Assembly: GCF_965247905.1 (NCBI RefSeq)
Contig: NZ_OZ252047.1
Span: 2,518,845-2,582,844 of the forward strand
Reading direction: 5' to 3'
DNA: 64,000 nucleotides
From: Candidatus Spongiihabitans sp.
GTDB lineage: Bacteria > Pseudomonadota > Gammaproteobacteria > Arenicellales > Poriferihabitantaceae
Below are positions 32,991 to 44,944 of this stretch, piece by piece. The notes beneath the pieces were generated by a model, which saw only the letters and a list, made by a program, of their open reading frames with translations, was not told the origin of the DNA and ran no database searches. Position 1 is the first letter of the stretch, and each line of letters opens with the position of its first letter. The translations under genes and the position numbers were made by a program.

Positions 32991-33827
32991 ATGAACCCAT
33001 CCGCAAACAACCGCATCGCATTTATTGGGGGAGGCAATATGGCGCGCAGCATTATTGGGGGATTGATTTCCTCTGGCTGGCACGCGAAAAATATTTTTGC
33101 GTCAGACCCGTCAAAAGTGCAGCGTGATTTACTGGCACAGCAATTTAGCATTGCGATTTACGAAAACAACGAAAAATGCGTCAGCCAGGCCGATATCGTT
33201 GTGTTGTCGGTAAAACCGCAGGTATTAAAACAAGCGGTGGAATCGATTCGCGCAGCATTGGTTGAACATAATCCTTTAATCATATCCATTGCCGCCGGCA
33301 TCAGAGCCAGCGATATCATGCAATGGATTGGACAGGAAGCACCTTTTGTGCGGGCGATGCCCAACACCCCGGCGCTGGTGAATTGCGGGGTCGCTGGATT
33401 GCTCGCCAATGCACATGCCAGCAGTGCGCACAAGCAAGCCGCGGCGCAAGTCATGCAAGCCGTGGGAGCGGTGATATGGGTCGATAACGAAAGCGATATG
33501 GATACGGTCACCGGAATTTCCGGCAGTGGCCCGGCCTACTTTTTCAAACTGATGGAAATCATGATCACGGCGGCGGAATCGCATGGTCTGAGCCGCGCGG
33601 CCGCGAGAACGCTGGTGTTGCAGACCGCATTGGGCGCCGCCAAACTGGCGGCCGATAGCGCGCATTCACCGGCTGAGTTGCGCCGCCAGGTCACCTCGCC
33701 GGGCGGCACCACCGAGGCGGCATTATTGACTATGGAGCAACACGGTATCGATGAGGCCATCACCCTCGGCGTTAATGCCGCCATTGAAAAATCCGCCGAG
33801 CTGGCAAAAACGCTGGGGGCAATGTAA
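32991..33827 (+). CDS. proC: Pyrroline-5-carboxylate reductase
   Basis: FIGGGNMA, RAMPNTP, SGSGPAY, VTSPGGTT. Confidence 0.96.
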   Translation: MNPSANNRIAFIGGGNMARSIIGGLISSGWHAKNIFASDPSKVQRDLLAQQFSIAIYENNEKCVSQADIVVLSVKPQVLKQAVESIRAALVEHNPLIISIAAGIRASDIMQWIGQEAPFVRAMPNTPALVNCGVAGLLANAHASSAHKQAAAQVMQAVGAVIWVDNESDMDTVTGISGSGPAYFFKLMEIMITAAESHGLSRAAARTLVLQTALGAAKLAADSAHSPAELRRQVTSPGGTTEAALLTMEQHGIDEAITLGVNAAIEKSAELAKTLGAM

Positions 33828-34400
33828 ATGCCGTACCTGCAAAATGCGTTGAATTTTGTCATTGAAACCATAGTGGGATTGTATTTGACCGCGGTCATAC
33901 TGCGTTTTCTGTTTCAGTTGCTGCAAGTGGATTTTCGCAATCCTATCTCCCGATTTATTATTATTGCAACCAGTCCGCCCTTAAAAATATTGCGTCGCTT
34001 CATCCCGGGACTGTACGGCATGGACCTGTCGGTGGTCGCGCTGATTCTGATCATTGGGCTGATTAAAACCGGTTTGCTGCTCGCCCTGTCGGGTTATCCG
34101 TTTAACATTCCCGGAACACTGGTGATCACTCTTGCCGAAGTTCTCAATACCATCGCCTGGACTTTCATTATTGTCATTATCGGCAGCGCCATCCTGAGCT
34201 GGGTGGCGCCGGTGTCGCAACACCCGGTCGCGCATTTAATCAACAGCATGAGCCATCCGCTGATCCGGCCGTTCAGAAAAATTCTGCCGCCGATTCAGGG
34301 CCTCGACCTATCGCCGCTGCTGGCTTTGCTGGCATTGAACCTGATCCAGAGACTGGTGATACTCCCAATTACCGATTTCGGGCGCAGCTTTTTTTTCTAG
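33828..34400 (+). CDS. yggT: YggT-family membrane protein
   Basis: VDFRNPISRF, ILSWV, GLDLSPL; abuts proC. Confidence 0.88.
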   Translation: MPYLQNALNFVIETIVGLYLTAVILRFLFQLLQVDFRNPISRFIIIATSPPLKILRRFIPGLYGMDLSVVALILIIGLIKTGLLLALSGYPFNIPGTLVITLAEVLNTIAWTFIIVIIGSAILSWVAPVSQHPVAHLINSMSHPLIRPFRKILPPIQGLDLSPLLALLALNLIQRLVILPITDFGRSFFF

Positions 34401-34460
34401 CTTTCTCCGGGCTTTTTCTCGGGTTTTTTCTCAGGTTTTTTTCTTGGGGCTTTTTTCTGC

Positions 34461-36038
34461 TCAGGAAAATCTGGAATTCCGGGAGATCAATAAGATCAAC
34501 AGAATCACCGGCAGCCCGAGAATCGCGGTAATCAAAAAGAACTGCGCATAACCGACTTCGTTGACCATGCTTCCCGAGTAACCGCCCAGCACTTTGGGTA
34601 TCAAGGTCATCAATGAAGTGAATATCGCAAACTGCATGGCCGTGAACTTTATATTGGTGAGTGCCGACAAAAATGCAACGAAAGCGGCGCTGGCTATTCC
34701 CGCGCTTAAATTATCCGCGCCGATTACCAGGTATAACATTGTCATGTTGTAACCCAACTTCGCCAATATCATAAACAGCAAGTTGGTTGCGGCGGACAAA
34801 ATCGCGCCTAACAGCAATATTCGCAGCACCCCGAATTGCAATGACATCAAGCCACCGAGAAATCCGCCGAACAACGTCATGCCCAATCCAAATGCCTTCG
34901 CTACGGTGGCAACTTCGTTTTTTGAATATCCCAGATCATAGTAAAACACATTGGCCACAACGCCTAAGACGATATCCGAAATTCGATAAAGCCCGACCAA
35001 CGCCAACAGCAATATCGCGCTATGCATGCCGTAGCGCTGAAAAAAATCCCGCACCGGGTTTAAGTAAAGCCCTTGAAGGATCGAGGCCTCAACCAAACGG
35101 GTTTTTATCAGCAATGTCGCGATAGCAAATGCAACAAACAGGCCCAGCGTTAATTTCAAGCATTCGACAATGAATCCTGCCAGCCCCTTGTTGTTGGTTA
35201 ATTCCATCACAAATATTTTCAGGTTTGCGCCCGCTTCGGCGGAATAAACATACGCTACAATGAAACCCGACACACAAAAAATAAACAGCGTCACCGCCTG
35301 AGCGCTATGCCGCGAGTTTGAATGCGAGCGGGGTTTGGAAGCCTCCGGCTCCGGCATCAACAAGGTCGTGGCAACGCCTACAATCATGCACGCCGCCATC
35401 AGCAAGTAGGTGTTGTGCCAGGCGGAAAACGAATACGCATCAGTGGTAGAGCCGAAATAACTTGCCAGATAGAGTGCGCCTGCGCCTGCGACTAACATGC
35501 CAATACGGTATCCGGCGATATAAGTTGCTGACATCAATGCCTGTAACTGAACGCCAGCGGATTCGATGCGGTAGGCATCGATAACGATGTCCTGAGTGGC
35601 GGAAGAAAAACCAAGCATCACTGCGGCCAGAGCTAAATAAATCAAGTTTGTTTGATCGGCTGCGGGATCCAGATTGGCCATCAATACAAGAGCAGCTACC
35701 ACCAACGCCTGGGCGAACAAAATCCAGCTTCTCCTCCGGCCGAGCGCGCGGGTCAAAATCGGTAACGGTAAATTGTCAACCAAAGGCGCCCAGACAAACT
35801 TGAATGAGTAGCCCAAGGTAGCCCAGCTAAAATACGTGACCACGGAACGATCTATGCCCGCTTCCAGCAACCAAAATGACAGCGAGGAGAATATCAACCA
35901 CAACGGCAGCCCTGCTGAAAAACCCAGAAACAACATGGTGACCACCCGAGGATGGGAAAAAGCGCGCAACGAATCTTTCCAGTTGAGATTTTGTGCGTGA
36001 AAATTTGTACTCATGTTTGTACTCAGGTTTGTACTCAT
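34461..36038 (-). CDS. ampG: AmpG-family muropeptide MFS transporter
   Basis: LGFSAGLP, YSFKFVWAPLVD, SATQDIVIDAYRIE, TAMQFAIFTSL. Confidence 0.9.
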   Translation of the reverse strand: MSTNLSTNMSTNFHAQNLNWKDSLRAFSHPRVVTMLFLGFSAGLPLWLIFSSLSFWLLEAGIDRSVVTYFSWATLGYSFKFVWAPLVDNLPLPILTRALGRRRSWILFAQALVVAALVLMANLDPAADQTNLIYLALAAVMLGFSSATQDIVIDAYRIESAGVQLQALMSATYIAGYRIGMLVAGAGALYLASYFGSTTDAYSFSAWHNTYLLMAACMIVGVATTLLMPEPEASKPRSHSNSRHSAQAVTLFIFCVSGFIVAYVYSAEAGANLKIFVMELTNNKGLAGFIVECLKLTLGLFVAFAIATLLIKTRLVEASILQGLYLNPVRDFFQRYGMHSAILLLALVGLYRISDIVLGVVANVFYYDLGYSKNEVATVAKAFGLGMTLFGGFLGGLMSLQFGVLRILLLGAILSAATNLLFMILAKLGYNMTMLYLVIGADNLSAGIASAAFVAFLSALTNIKFTAMQFAIFTSLMTLIPKVLGGYSGSMVNEVGYAQFFLITAILGLPVILLILLISRNSRFS

Positions 36039-36051
36039 GTTTGTACTCAGG
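36004..36051. repeat. Tandem repeat, 12 bp x4, at the ampG start
   Basis: TTTGTACTCA(T/G)G x4; encodes MSTN-LSTN-MSTN. Confidence 0.9.
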
Positions 36052-36183
36052 GATGTTTGATTCTGGTCATGTTTTTGATCTGGCTTATGCGGCTCGTTTC
36101 ATCGTTGCCGCCGACAGACCAATTGGCACGCAAGTATCCTATACTATCCACTAAACCGTATACTTTTGGAAATTTCTAAATTC

Positions 36184-36831
36184 ATGTCCAATTTGAAAGC
36201 CGAACTCCTCGCTATCTGCGTTCAAAACAACATTTTGCATTTCGGTGAATTCACCCTGAAATCCGGCCGCGTCAGTCCGTATTTCTTTAACGCCGGACTA
36301 TTCAATACCGGCGCGCTTTTGGGGCAACTCGCAACGTGCTACGCCGCACTCCTATCGGATAAACTAAAAAATGATTTCATGCTCTATGGCCCGGCTTACA
36401 AAGGCATCCCGTTGGTCGCCGCCACTGCGATACAGCTGGCGAACCGCCAACAACGCAACGTCGCCTATGCGTTCAATCGCAAGGAGACCAAGGATCATGG
36501 CGAAGGCGGCAACCTAGTCGGCGCCGCGCTTAACGGCGACGTGGTCATCGTTGACGATGTCATCACCGCGGGAACATCGATCGATGAATCGGTCAAAATC
36601 ATTAAATCAGCCGGCGCAAAACCCTGTGCAATCGCCATCGCCTTGGATCGCCAGGAAATCGCCGATGGCGACACTCACTCCGCTGTTCAAAAAATCGAGC
36701 GGCAATACAATGTGCCGGTATTATCGCTATTGAAGCTGGACGATTTGGTCGATTATCTGCAGTCGACTCAGGCATATCGACAATATTATGATGCCGTCGC
36801 CGCCTACCGTGATGCTTATGGAAGCAGATGA
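36184..36831 (+). CDS. pyrE: Orotate phosphoribosyltransferase
   Basis: FTLKSGRVSPYFFNAG, GPAYKGIP, RKETKDHGEGG, VDDVITAGT. Start set at ATG 36184. Confidence 0.95.
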   Translation: MSNLKAELLAICVQNNILHFGEFTLKSGRVSPYFFNAGLFNTGALLGQLATCYAALLSDKLKNDFMLYGPAYKGIPLVAATAIQLANRQQRNVAYAFNRKETKDHGEGGNLVGAALNGDVVIVDDVITAGTSIDESVKIIKSAGAKPCAIAIALDRQEIADGDTHSAVQKIERQYNVPVLSLLKLDDLVDYLQSTQAYRQYYDAVAAYRDAYGSR

Positions 36832-36897
36832 TGGCGTGCCGCCGATCGTTATGTCGCCGCAAGAATTAATCGCCCATGGCAAATATCATTGCAAACA

Positions 36898-37357
<460 letters not shown>

Positions 37358-37574
37358 AACTTGGTCATTGGTCTAACAGTACCGAAATTGTGATGTTATT
37401 TCAATGGCAATAAAGTGACTGTACCGCACTTTATAGCTTGATTCCGGGAATAATAATCAAGCAGTGGACGGTTAACTGTTAGCGATAAGCTGACATCTCC
37501 TTTGCACATAACGCTCCAGTCAATGATTATCCGTATTCAATAAAATGTCGCGGCTGCGCCGCATGTGTCGCACT

Positions 37575-37604
37575 GGATTATTGGGTCAGGCCCGATAATG
37601 ACGG
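37575..37604. repeat. Short palindromic repeat
   Basis: GG-ATTATTGGG-TCAGG-CCCGATAAT-GACGG hairpin, enclosed by a GGCTGCG/CGCAGCC inverted pair. Confidence 0.55.
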
Positions 37605-37624
37605 TTATGATGAGTGCCGCAGCC

Positions 37625-37897
37625 ACCCGGCTCGGCTAGTGCGCTTAAAGCAGGTCAGGCCGGCGGCGTCGGAAGCGGGACTTTAGTCCCGCCATCCTGG
37701 CAATGGCTTGGCGAGGCTGAAGCCTCACTTCCGAGAGCCGTTGACGGTGACCGCGATCAACCAGGAACTGGTCAATTACCAGTGTGCCTATAATCATGCC
37801 GACCACACGATAGTTTGGATTTAATGACGCCGATGGCGTATTATCGGCAACCTACCTTGGCGGCCTGATTTTGTCTCATATGTGGTGAACCCGGACA
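37625..37897 (+). mobile_element. MITE copy 4 (one end truncated by ~30 bp)
   Basis: Same interior as the other copies; ends GTGAACCCGGACA; the other TIR is absent. Confidence 0.85.
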
Positions 37898-37948
37898 CTG
37901 TCGTATAGTCAGCACACTGATGATCCCCATAATCGGCCATGATCGGCC

Positions 37949-38425
37949 ATGGTCAGCCGAAAATATTTAATCCACCAATCAAAGACGTTAACCGTGAACC
38001 CCGAAGCCCGCAGAATAGCAAACCGCAAGAAAAATCTTGCCGCCGCTGTGGATGACCTCAAGGTTAATCGCATTGAGCGCCATATCTTTCTGTGTTGCGA
38101 TCAAACCAAGCCAAAATGCTCGCTAAAAGACAAAAGTCTTGAATCGTGGAATTATTTGAAAGCCCGGCTACAAGAACTCGATCTGGTTAAACAGGGAGGA
38201 ATTTTCCGAACCAAGGCAAACTGCCTGCAAATCTGCGTCCATGGACCCATCGCCCTGGTTTACCCGGAGGGTATTTGGTATCACTCTTGCACGCCGCAGG
38301 TGCTTGAAAGAATTATTATGGAGCACTTGATCGGCGGGCGCGCAGTAGCGGAATATGTGATCGTCGCCCAGCCGCTTGCGCGGGTGGCGGAGAGAGAGGG
38401 ATTCGAACCCTCGATACGCGATTAA
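37949..38425 (+). CDS. Thioredoxin-like [2Fe-2S] ferredoxin
   Basis: [33 protein letters not shown]. The 3' end overlaps tRNA-Ser on the opposite strand. Confidence 0.85.
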   Translation: MVSRKYLIHQSKTLTVNPEARRIANRKKNLAAAVDDLKVNRIERHIFLCCDQTKPKCSLKDKSLESWNYLKARLQELDLVKQGGIFRTKANCLQICVHGPIALVYPEGIWYHSCTPQVLERIIMEHLIGGRAVAEYVIVAQPLARVAEREGFEPSIRD

Positions 38426-38475
38426 CGTATACTCCCTTAGCAGGGGAGCGCCTTCAGCCGCTCGGCCATCTCTCC
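38385..38475 (-). tRNA. tRNA-Ser (GCT)
   Basis: GGAGAGA acceptor stem, CTCCC-CT-GCT-AA-GGGAG anticodon arm, long variable arm, CCA; directly after csrA. Confidence 0.96.
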
Positions 38476-38537
38476 CGTACTATCTAACTTGCATTATCGG
38501 ACCGACGGCAAGCCAAAACAGTGCAAGGTTGCCGGGG

Positions 38538-38876
38538 TTATGCGTTGCGCGGATCACCCTCTTCCGGATCCAGTTGGTCGTCATCATCATAATCATCTGC
38601 CGCATCATCCGATTGATTGCCCGCGTCATCGGATTGATTGCCCTGATGCCCGTTATCATGACCATTATCATGACCATTATCAGGACCGTTATCATGGCCG
38701 TGACCAGCCGCTTGTTCATGCTTGATGCGATAGTATATCTCCTCGCGATGAACCGGTATCTCTTTGGGCGCATTGATACCGATTCGAACCTGAGTTCCAC
38801 GCACGCCTAAAACGGTTAATCGAACATCGTCTCCGATGTAAACCGATTCGCCTATACGGCGAGTAAGAATTAACAT
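38538..38876 (-). CDS. csrA: Carbon storage regulator CsrA with a long acidic repeat tail
   Basis: [15 protein letters not shown]...[19 protein letters not shown] followed by a GHDN/GNQSDDA repeat tail. Confidence 0.93.
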   Translation of the reverse strand: MLILTRRIGESVYIGDDVRLTVLGVRGTQVRIGINAPKEIPVHREEIYYRIKHEQAAGHGHDNGPDNGHDNGHDNGHQGNQSDDAGNQSDDAADDYDDDDQLDPEEGDPRNA

Positions 38877-38910
38877 TTTTCTCTGCTCCTAATTATAGAT
38901 TTCAATTTCA

Positions 38911-38949
38911 CCGATACCCTATTCCGATACCCTGTTCCGACACCCTATT
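38911..38949. repeat. Tandem repeat, 13 bp x3
   Basis: CCGA(T/C)ACCCT(A/G)TT x3 upstream of csrA. Confidence 0.85.
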
Positions 38950-39077
38950 CGCCGAATCGCAACAACCTCCAGGCTCCCCGGACGTCAAACCGGATGTCAA
39001 AACGGGAAGCATGGAATATCCACCAAGCTTTCAATTGCCGCCTAAAAACTTCGCCGCAAAACTTTATCCTAAAAACT

Positions 39078-40307
<1,230 letters not shown>

Positions 40308-40455
40308 GGTTGGTTTATCGGTAAAAATGGCGCGGGATTTAAACTGTTCTCAAGATAAAAGTAAAGCGCGCAAATTGGTTTGGATGGGTTCGCTCAGGAA
40401 TGCTTGCGTGAAATACTTGTGCGGAATACTTGAATGCACAACGCGGGCATGGTTT

Positions 40456-43056
40456 TCAATCGCCCTTGATCGAATCTTCCACCCACCGATAAGTCGCTTC
40501 AATCGCATGTTCTATACCCTGGACGTTCGTGCCCCCGGCTTGAGCCAGATTCGGGCTGCCGCCGCCCTTGCCGTCAACCAGCGCTGATATTTTGTGAATT
40601 AATTTCCCGGCCGGCAACTGCGGGCTCAAATCCTTGCTGACCCCGGCTATCAATGTGACCTTGCCGTTACTGGCGCCGGCCACCAGCACCACGCCGCTTT
40701 GCAGTTTATTGCGCCATTGGTCAACCGCCATACGCATCGATTGCACATCCGCATCATCCTGACGAATAGCGACCACTTTAACCCCCCGAATTTCCTTAAC
40801 AACATCGGTGGCCGCGCCGCCAGTCGCCAACCGGGTTTGCAAAGACTGGATTTGACGCTGTTGCCGCTTTTGGGTTTCCAGCATGAATTTTACCCGCTGC
40901 GGAAGATCGGCAGGCGTGGTCCTTAATGCGGCAGTCGCTTTGTCCAATGCTTCGAGTTGTTTGCTGACATGTCTTTCCGCCGATTCACCGGTCAGCGCTT
41001 CAATACGTCGCACCCCTGCGGCCACGCCGGACTCGGCGTTGATTTTGAACAAGCCGATATCGCCGGTGCGATTGACGTGGGTGCCGCCGCACAACTCAAA
41101 TGAAAATTCTCCCATGCGCACGACGCGCACCTCGGCATCGTATTGCTCGCCAAACAACGCCGCGGCGCCGGCGGATTTTGCCTGGTCCAGCGGCATAATA
41201 TCCACGCTGACCTGATGGTTGGCGCGAATATTTTGATTCACCAAAGACTCAATTTCAATCAGTTGCGCGCGACTAAGCGGCTCGAAATGGGAAAAATCAA
41301 AACGCAATCGCTGCGGTTCAACCAACGAGCCCTTTTGCTCAACATGAGGCCCAAGCACGGATTTCAATGCCGCGTGCAATAAATGGGTTGCGGAATGGTT
41401 GTTGGCGCTTAAATGACGTCTGTTTGCTTCAACCTCGGCTTGGCCTGTTTGCTTTAACTCGACTACTCCCGAAACTACCCGACCGAATTGAGCAATTACC
41501 TTGTTGGCAATGTATTGAGTATCGGTAACCTTAAACACCCCGTTGGGCAGCGTGATCAATCCTTGATCGCCGACTTGACCGCCGCTTTGCGGGTAAAACG
41601 GCGACTCGGACAGCACCACAATACCCTGTTCGCCCTGCTCTAATTTTTGCGCCGCTTGCTGGTCTTTTAATAATGCAACGACCTCAGCCTCATAGTTCAG
41701 ATTCTGGTAGCCGACAAATGGGGTGCGCTCCAATCCGTCAATCCCGATCTGGTCTCCCGCAGTAAACTGGCTGGCTGAGCGGGCGCGCTGGCGTTGCGCC
41801 TGCATAGCGGATTCAAACTCATCTTGATTGATGCGCAATCCATGTTCCCGAGCGATATCGGCGGTTAAATCCGCGGGGAAACCGAAGGTGTCGTATAACT
41901 TGAATACGGTCTCGCCAGATAAGACATCGCCTGGCAGCCTGTCGATTTCCTGAGCAAGCATCTTTAATCCCTGCTCCAGTGTTTCATTAAATTTTTCGTT
42001 TTCCTGTTTTAGCGCCCGTTCAACCCGCTTGCCGGAGGCCGCTAACTCGGGGAAGGCCGCGCCCATTTCATCGACCAGCGGCGCCACCAATTTATGCATA
42101 AACGCTTTTTTGCAGCCGAGTTGATAGCCGTGGCGAATGGCTCGGCGAATAATCCGGCGCAGCACATAGCCGCGCCCTTCATTAGACGGGATCACGCCGT
42201 CAACGATCAAAAACGCGGTCGAGCGAATGTGATCGGCGATGACGCGCAACGATTTATGCGCGCTGTCCTTGACTTGCAAAATATCCGCGGCGGCGCCGAT
42301 CAGGTTTTGGAACAAATCAATGTCATAGTTGCTGTGCACCCCCTGCAACACCGCGGCGATGCGCTCCAGCCCCATGCCCGTGTCCACAGAAGGTTTTGGC
42401 AGCGGCTCAAGTTGGCCGTCGCGGTTGCGGTTATACTGCATGAACACCAAGTTCCAGATTTCCACGAAACGATCGCCGTCCTGTTCAGGCGACCCTGGCG
42501 GGCCGCCGGCTACCTCGGCGCCATGGTCGTAAAAAATTTCCGCGCAGGGGCCGCAAGGCCCGGTGTCGCCCATCTGCCAGAAGTTGTCTTTTGCCCCTTT
42601 CCGGGTTATCCGCTCCTTGGCCATGCCAATTTCATTTATCCAAATCGACTCCGCGTCATCGTCGTCCTCAAAAACCGTTACCCAAAGTTTCTCCGGCGGC
42701 AACTTGAACTCAACGGTCAGCAATTCCCAGCAATATCGTATGGCATCGCTTTTGAAATAATCGCCAAAACTGAAGTTGCCCAACATCTCAAAGAAAGTAT
42801 GGTGACGCGCGGTATAGCCGACATTTTCCAGATCGTTATGCTTGCCGCCGGCTCTTACGCATCGTTGTGAAGTGACCGCCCGCGTGTAGGCGCGGGTTTC
42901 ACGCCCCAACAACAAATCCTTAAACTGCACCATGCCCGAATTGGTGAACAACAAAGTCGGGTCGTTGCCCGGCACCAGCGAACTGCCAAGCACGGCTTCA
43001 TGCCCATGCTTGACAAAATACTCGATGAATCGCTGCCGAATTTCGGTGGTTTTCAT
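40456..43056 (-). CDS. alaS: Alanine--tRNA ligase
   Basis: DPTLLFTNSGMVQFK, HHTFFEMLGNFSFGDYFK, ELCGGTH. Confidence 0.97.
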   Translation of the reverse strand: MKTTEIRQRFIEYFVKHGHEAVLGSSLVPGNDPTLLFTNSGMVQFKDLLLGRETRAYTRAVTSQRCVRAGGKHNDLENVGYTARHHTFFEMLGNFSFGDYFKSDAIRYCWELLTVEFKLPPEKLWVTVFEDDDDAESIWINEIGMAKERITRKGAKDNFWQMGDTGPCGPCAEIFYDHGAEVAGGPPGSPEQDGDRFVEIWNLVFMQYNRNRDGQLEPLPKPSVDTGMGLERIAAVLQGVHSNYDIDLFQNLIGAAADILQVKDSAHKSLRVIADHIRSTAFLIVDGVIPSNEGRGYVLRRIIRRAIRHGYQLGCKKAFMHKLVAPLVDEMGAAFPELAASGKRVERALKQENEKFNETLEQGLKMLAQEIDRLPGDVLSGETVFKLYDTFGFPADLTADIAREHGLRINQDEFESAMQAQRQRARSASQFTAGDQIGIDGLERTPFVGYQNLNYEAEVVALLKDQQAAQKLEQGEQGIVVLSESPFYPQSGGQVGDQGLITLPNGVFKVTDTQYIANKVIAQFGRVVSGVVELKQTGQAEVEANRRHLSANNHSATHLLHAALKSVLGPHVEQKGSLVEPQRLRFDFSHFEPLSRAQLIEIESLVNQNIRANHQVSVDIMPLDQAKSAGAAALFGEQYDAEVRVVRMGEFSFELCGGTHVNRTGDIGLFKINAESGVAAGVRRIEALTGESAERHVSKQLEALDKATAALRTTPADLPQRVKFMLETQKRQQRQIQSLQTRLATGGAATDVVKEIRGVKVVAIRQDDADVQSMRMAVDQWRNKLQSGVVLVAGASNGKVTLIAGVSKDLSPQLPAGKLIHKISALVDGKGGGSPNLAQAGGTNVQGIEHAIEATYRWVEDSIKGD

Positions 43057-43150
43057 GGCTTAGAGTGCAGATGATGTCGTCAATAGCGCAAAGATTTTGC
43101 GGTGAATATGCTGATGTAGTCTGCGCCGCGAAGTTTTCGCGTGGCTAAGT

Positions 43151-43663
43151 TTATTCGCCATACGATTCAATTTGCTCCGCAGTGAATCCGCGCTGCTGCA
43201 AAAAGCGCGCTTGCCTGGCCCATTCCGCATAACTCGCCGGCGCGTGGTCGCCGAATTTTCTGCGCCGCACCTGAGCCGCCGATGCCGCCCATTGCCCTTG
43301 ATAAACCGCCATGGCGCGCTCGATTAAATCCGGATTTATGTTATGCTTATTGAGTTCGTGTTTGAGTCTGACCGGCCCCTTGCCGCCGTTAAATCGCGAA
43401 CGACACAGCATCTCCGCAAACCGCGCGTCCGATTGCATTCCCCGCCGCATCAAGTCATCCAGCATGTTATCCAGCAGGTCATCCAGTATTTGAGCGCGAA
43501 TCGGCGGCGGCACCAACTGCGCAAATTTCTGGCGCAGTTCAAATGCGCTGTATTCCCGGCGCGCCAATAATCGGCATGCCTGGTCTTTCAGCAGGCGGAT
43601 TAACTCGTCGGTCTGCGATTGAGAAGATTCCGAATAATTATCCGAATAATTGTTTTGGTTCAA
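43151..43663 (-). CDS. recX: Regulatory protein RecX
   Basis: LLARREYS..EL, QSDARFAE, RFLQQRGF. Start set at TTG 43663 rather than the 307-aa ORF that overlaps recA. Confidence 0.85.
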   Translation of the reverse strand: MNQNNYSDNYSESSQSQTDELIRLLKDQACRLLARREYSAFELRQKFAQLVPPPIRAQILDDLLDNMLDDLMRRGMQSDARFAEMLCRSRFNGGKGPVRLKHELNKHNINPDLIERAMAVYQGQWAASAAQVRRRKFGDHAPASYAEWARQARFLQQRGFTAEQIESYGE

Positions 43664-43685
43664 GGAATTGCTATTTATATCTCGG

Positions 43686-44726
43686 CTATTTCTCAGCCAC
43701 TTCTTCGGGTTTAGCGGCGGCTTGGACACGGGTCGTTTTGATCGATTTCTTGTCCCGAATGATGGCTTCAATTTCATCCGCCATGGCCGGGTTTTCCTTG
43801 AGGAACTCGCGAACATTGTCGCGCCCCTGACCAATGCGGTCGGCGCCGTAAGAATACCAGGCCCCGGATTTCTCGATGCAGCCGACTTCCACGCCAAGGT
43901 CGACAAGTTCGCCGTGCTTTGAAATTCCTTCGTTATAAAGAATATCAAATTCGGCTTTCTTGAACGGCGGCGCAATTTTGTTTTTAACCACCTTGACTCG
44001 AGTCTGGTTGCCCAAGATCTCGTCGCCCTTTTTGACGGCGCCAATTCTGCGAATATCCAGACGAATGGAAGCATAGAATTTAAGCGCGTTACCGCCGGTG
44101 GTGGTTTCCGGATTGCCGAACATCACGCCGATCTTCATGCGGATTTGGTTGATGAAAATCACCATGGTGTTGGAGCGCTTGATGTTGGCGGTCAACTTGC
44201 GCAATGCCTGCGACATTAATCGCGCCTGCAAGCCGACGTGGTGGTCGCCCATATCGCCTTCGATCTCGGCTTTTGGCGTCAGCGCAGCAACAGAATCTAT
44301 CACCACCACATCCACGGCCGCCGAGCGCACCAGCATGTCGGCAATTTCCAGCGCCTGCTCGCCGGTGTCCGGCTGCGACACCAGCAAGTCGTCGATGTTC
44401 ACACCAAGTTTTGCAGCATAGGCTGGATCCAGGGCATGTTCCGCATCGATGAACGCAGCGGTACCGCCGAGTTTCTGTATTTCGGCAATGACCGATAGCG
44501 TTAGCGTGGTCTTGCCTGATGATTCCGGTCCGTAAATCTCTGTCACCCGGCCGCGCGGCAGGCCGCCGATGCCTAAGGCGATGTCAAGCCCCAGCGACCC
44601 GGTGGAACAATATTGTATGTCTTGATCGACATCAGAATCCCCGAGTCGCATTACCGATCCTTTGCCAAATTGTCGGTCAATTTGACTCAGCGCCGCATCC
44701 AGCGCCTTGCGTTTATTTTCATCCAT
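43686..44726 (-). CDS. recA: Recombinase RecA
   Basis: [28 protein letters not shown]. Confidence 0.98.
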   Translation of the reverse strand: MDENKRKALDAALSQIDRQFGKGSVMRLGDSDVDQDIQYCSTGSLGLDIALGIGGLPRGRVTEIYGPESSGKTTLTLSVIAEIQKLGGTAAFIDAEHALDPAYAAKLGVNIDDLLVSQPDTGEQALEIADMLVRSAAVDVVVIDSVAALTPKAEIEGDMGDHHVGLQARLMSQALRKLTANIKRSNTMVIFINQIRMKIGVMFGNPETTTGGNALKFYASIRLDIRRIGAVKKGDEILGNQTRVKVVKNKIAPPFKKAEFDILYNEGISKHGELVDLGVEVGCIEKSGAWYSYGADRIGQGRDNVREFLKENPAMADEIEAIIRDKKSIKTTRVQAAAKPEEVAEK

Positions 44727-44751
44727 TTAATTTAATTCCTCGTGTTAATAG

Positions 44752-44796
44752 GTTTAGTTTAGTTTAGTTTAGTTTAGTTTAGTTTAGTTTAGTTTA
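44752..44796. repeat. Simple sequence repeat (GTTTA)9 upstream of recA
   Basis: Nine perfect pentamers, 26-70 bp upstream of the recA ATG. Confidence 0.95.
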
Positions 44797-44897
44797 TGTT
44801 GAGCAGACAACCCCGAATTATCCCACATGCTGTGATTTAGAACCAGCATCCGGCATAAATCAAGTCGTGAATTCGCTCTGAATTGGGCGCTAACGGC

Positions 44898-44944
44898 ATG
44901 CCATTTCTTCATGCCATTTCTTCATGCCATTTCTTCATGCCATT
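44898..44944. repeat. Tandem repeat, 13 bp x3.6, over the sixA stop
   Basis: ATGCCATTTCTTC x3 plus a partial copy; each unit junction repeats the TGA. Confidence 0.9.

Noticed and set aside
40308-40455. Lysine riboswitch before lysC
   Set aside because: The gap after alaS is short and shows no recognisable riboswitch motifs.
43664-44074. 307-aa extended RecX ORF
   Set aside because: The N-terminal part is an alternative frame of recA; RecX similarity begins only after the recA stop.
44827-44849. ATGCTG-N11-CAGCAT upstream of recA as a LexA box
   Set aside because: Spacing is CTG-N11-CAG, not the canonical N10. It could be a lineage-specific operator but is unsupported here.
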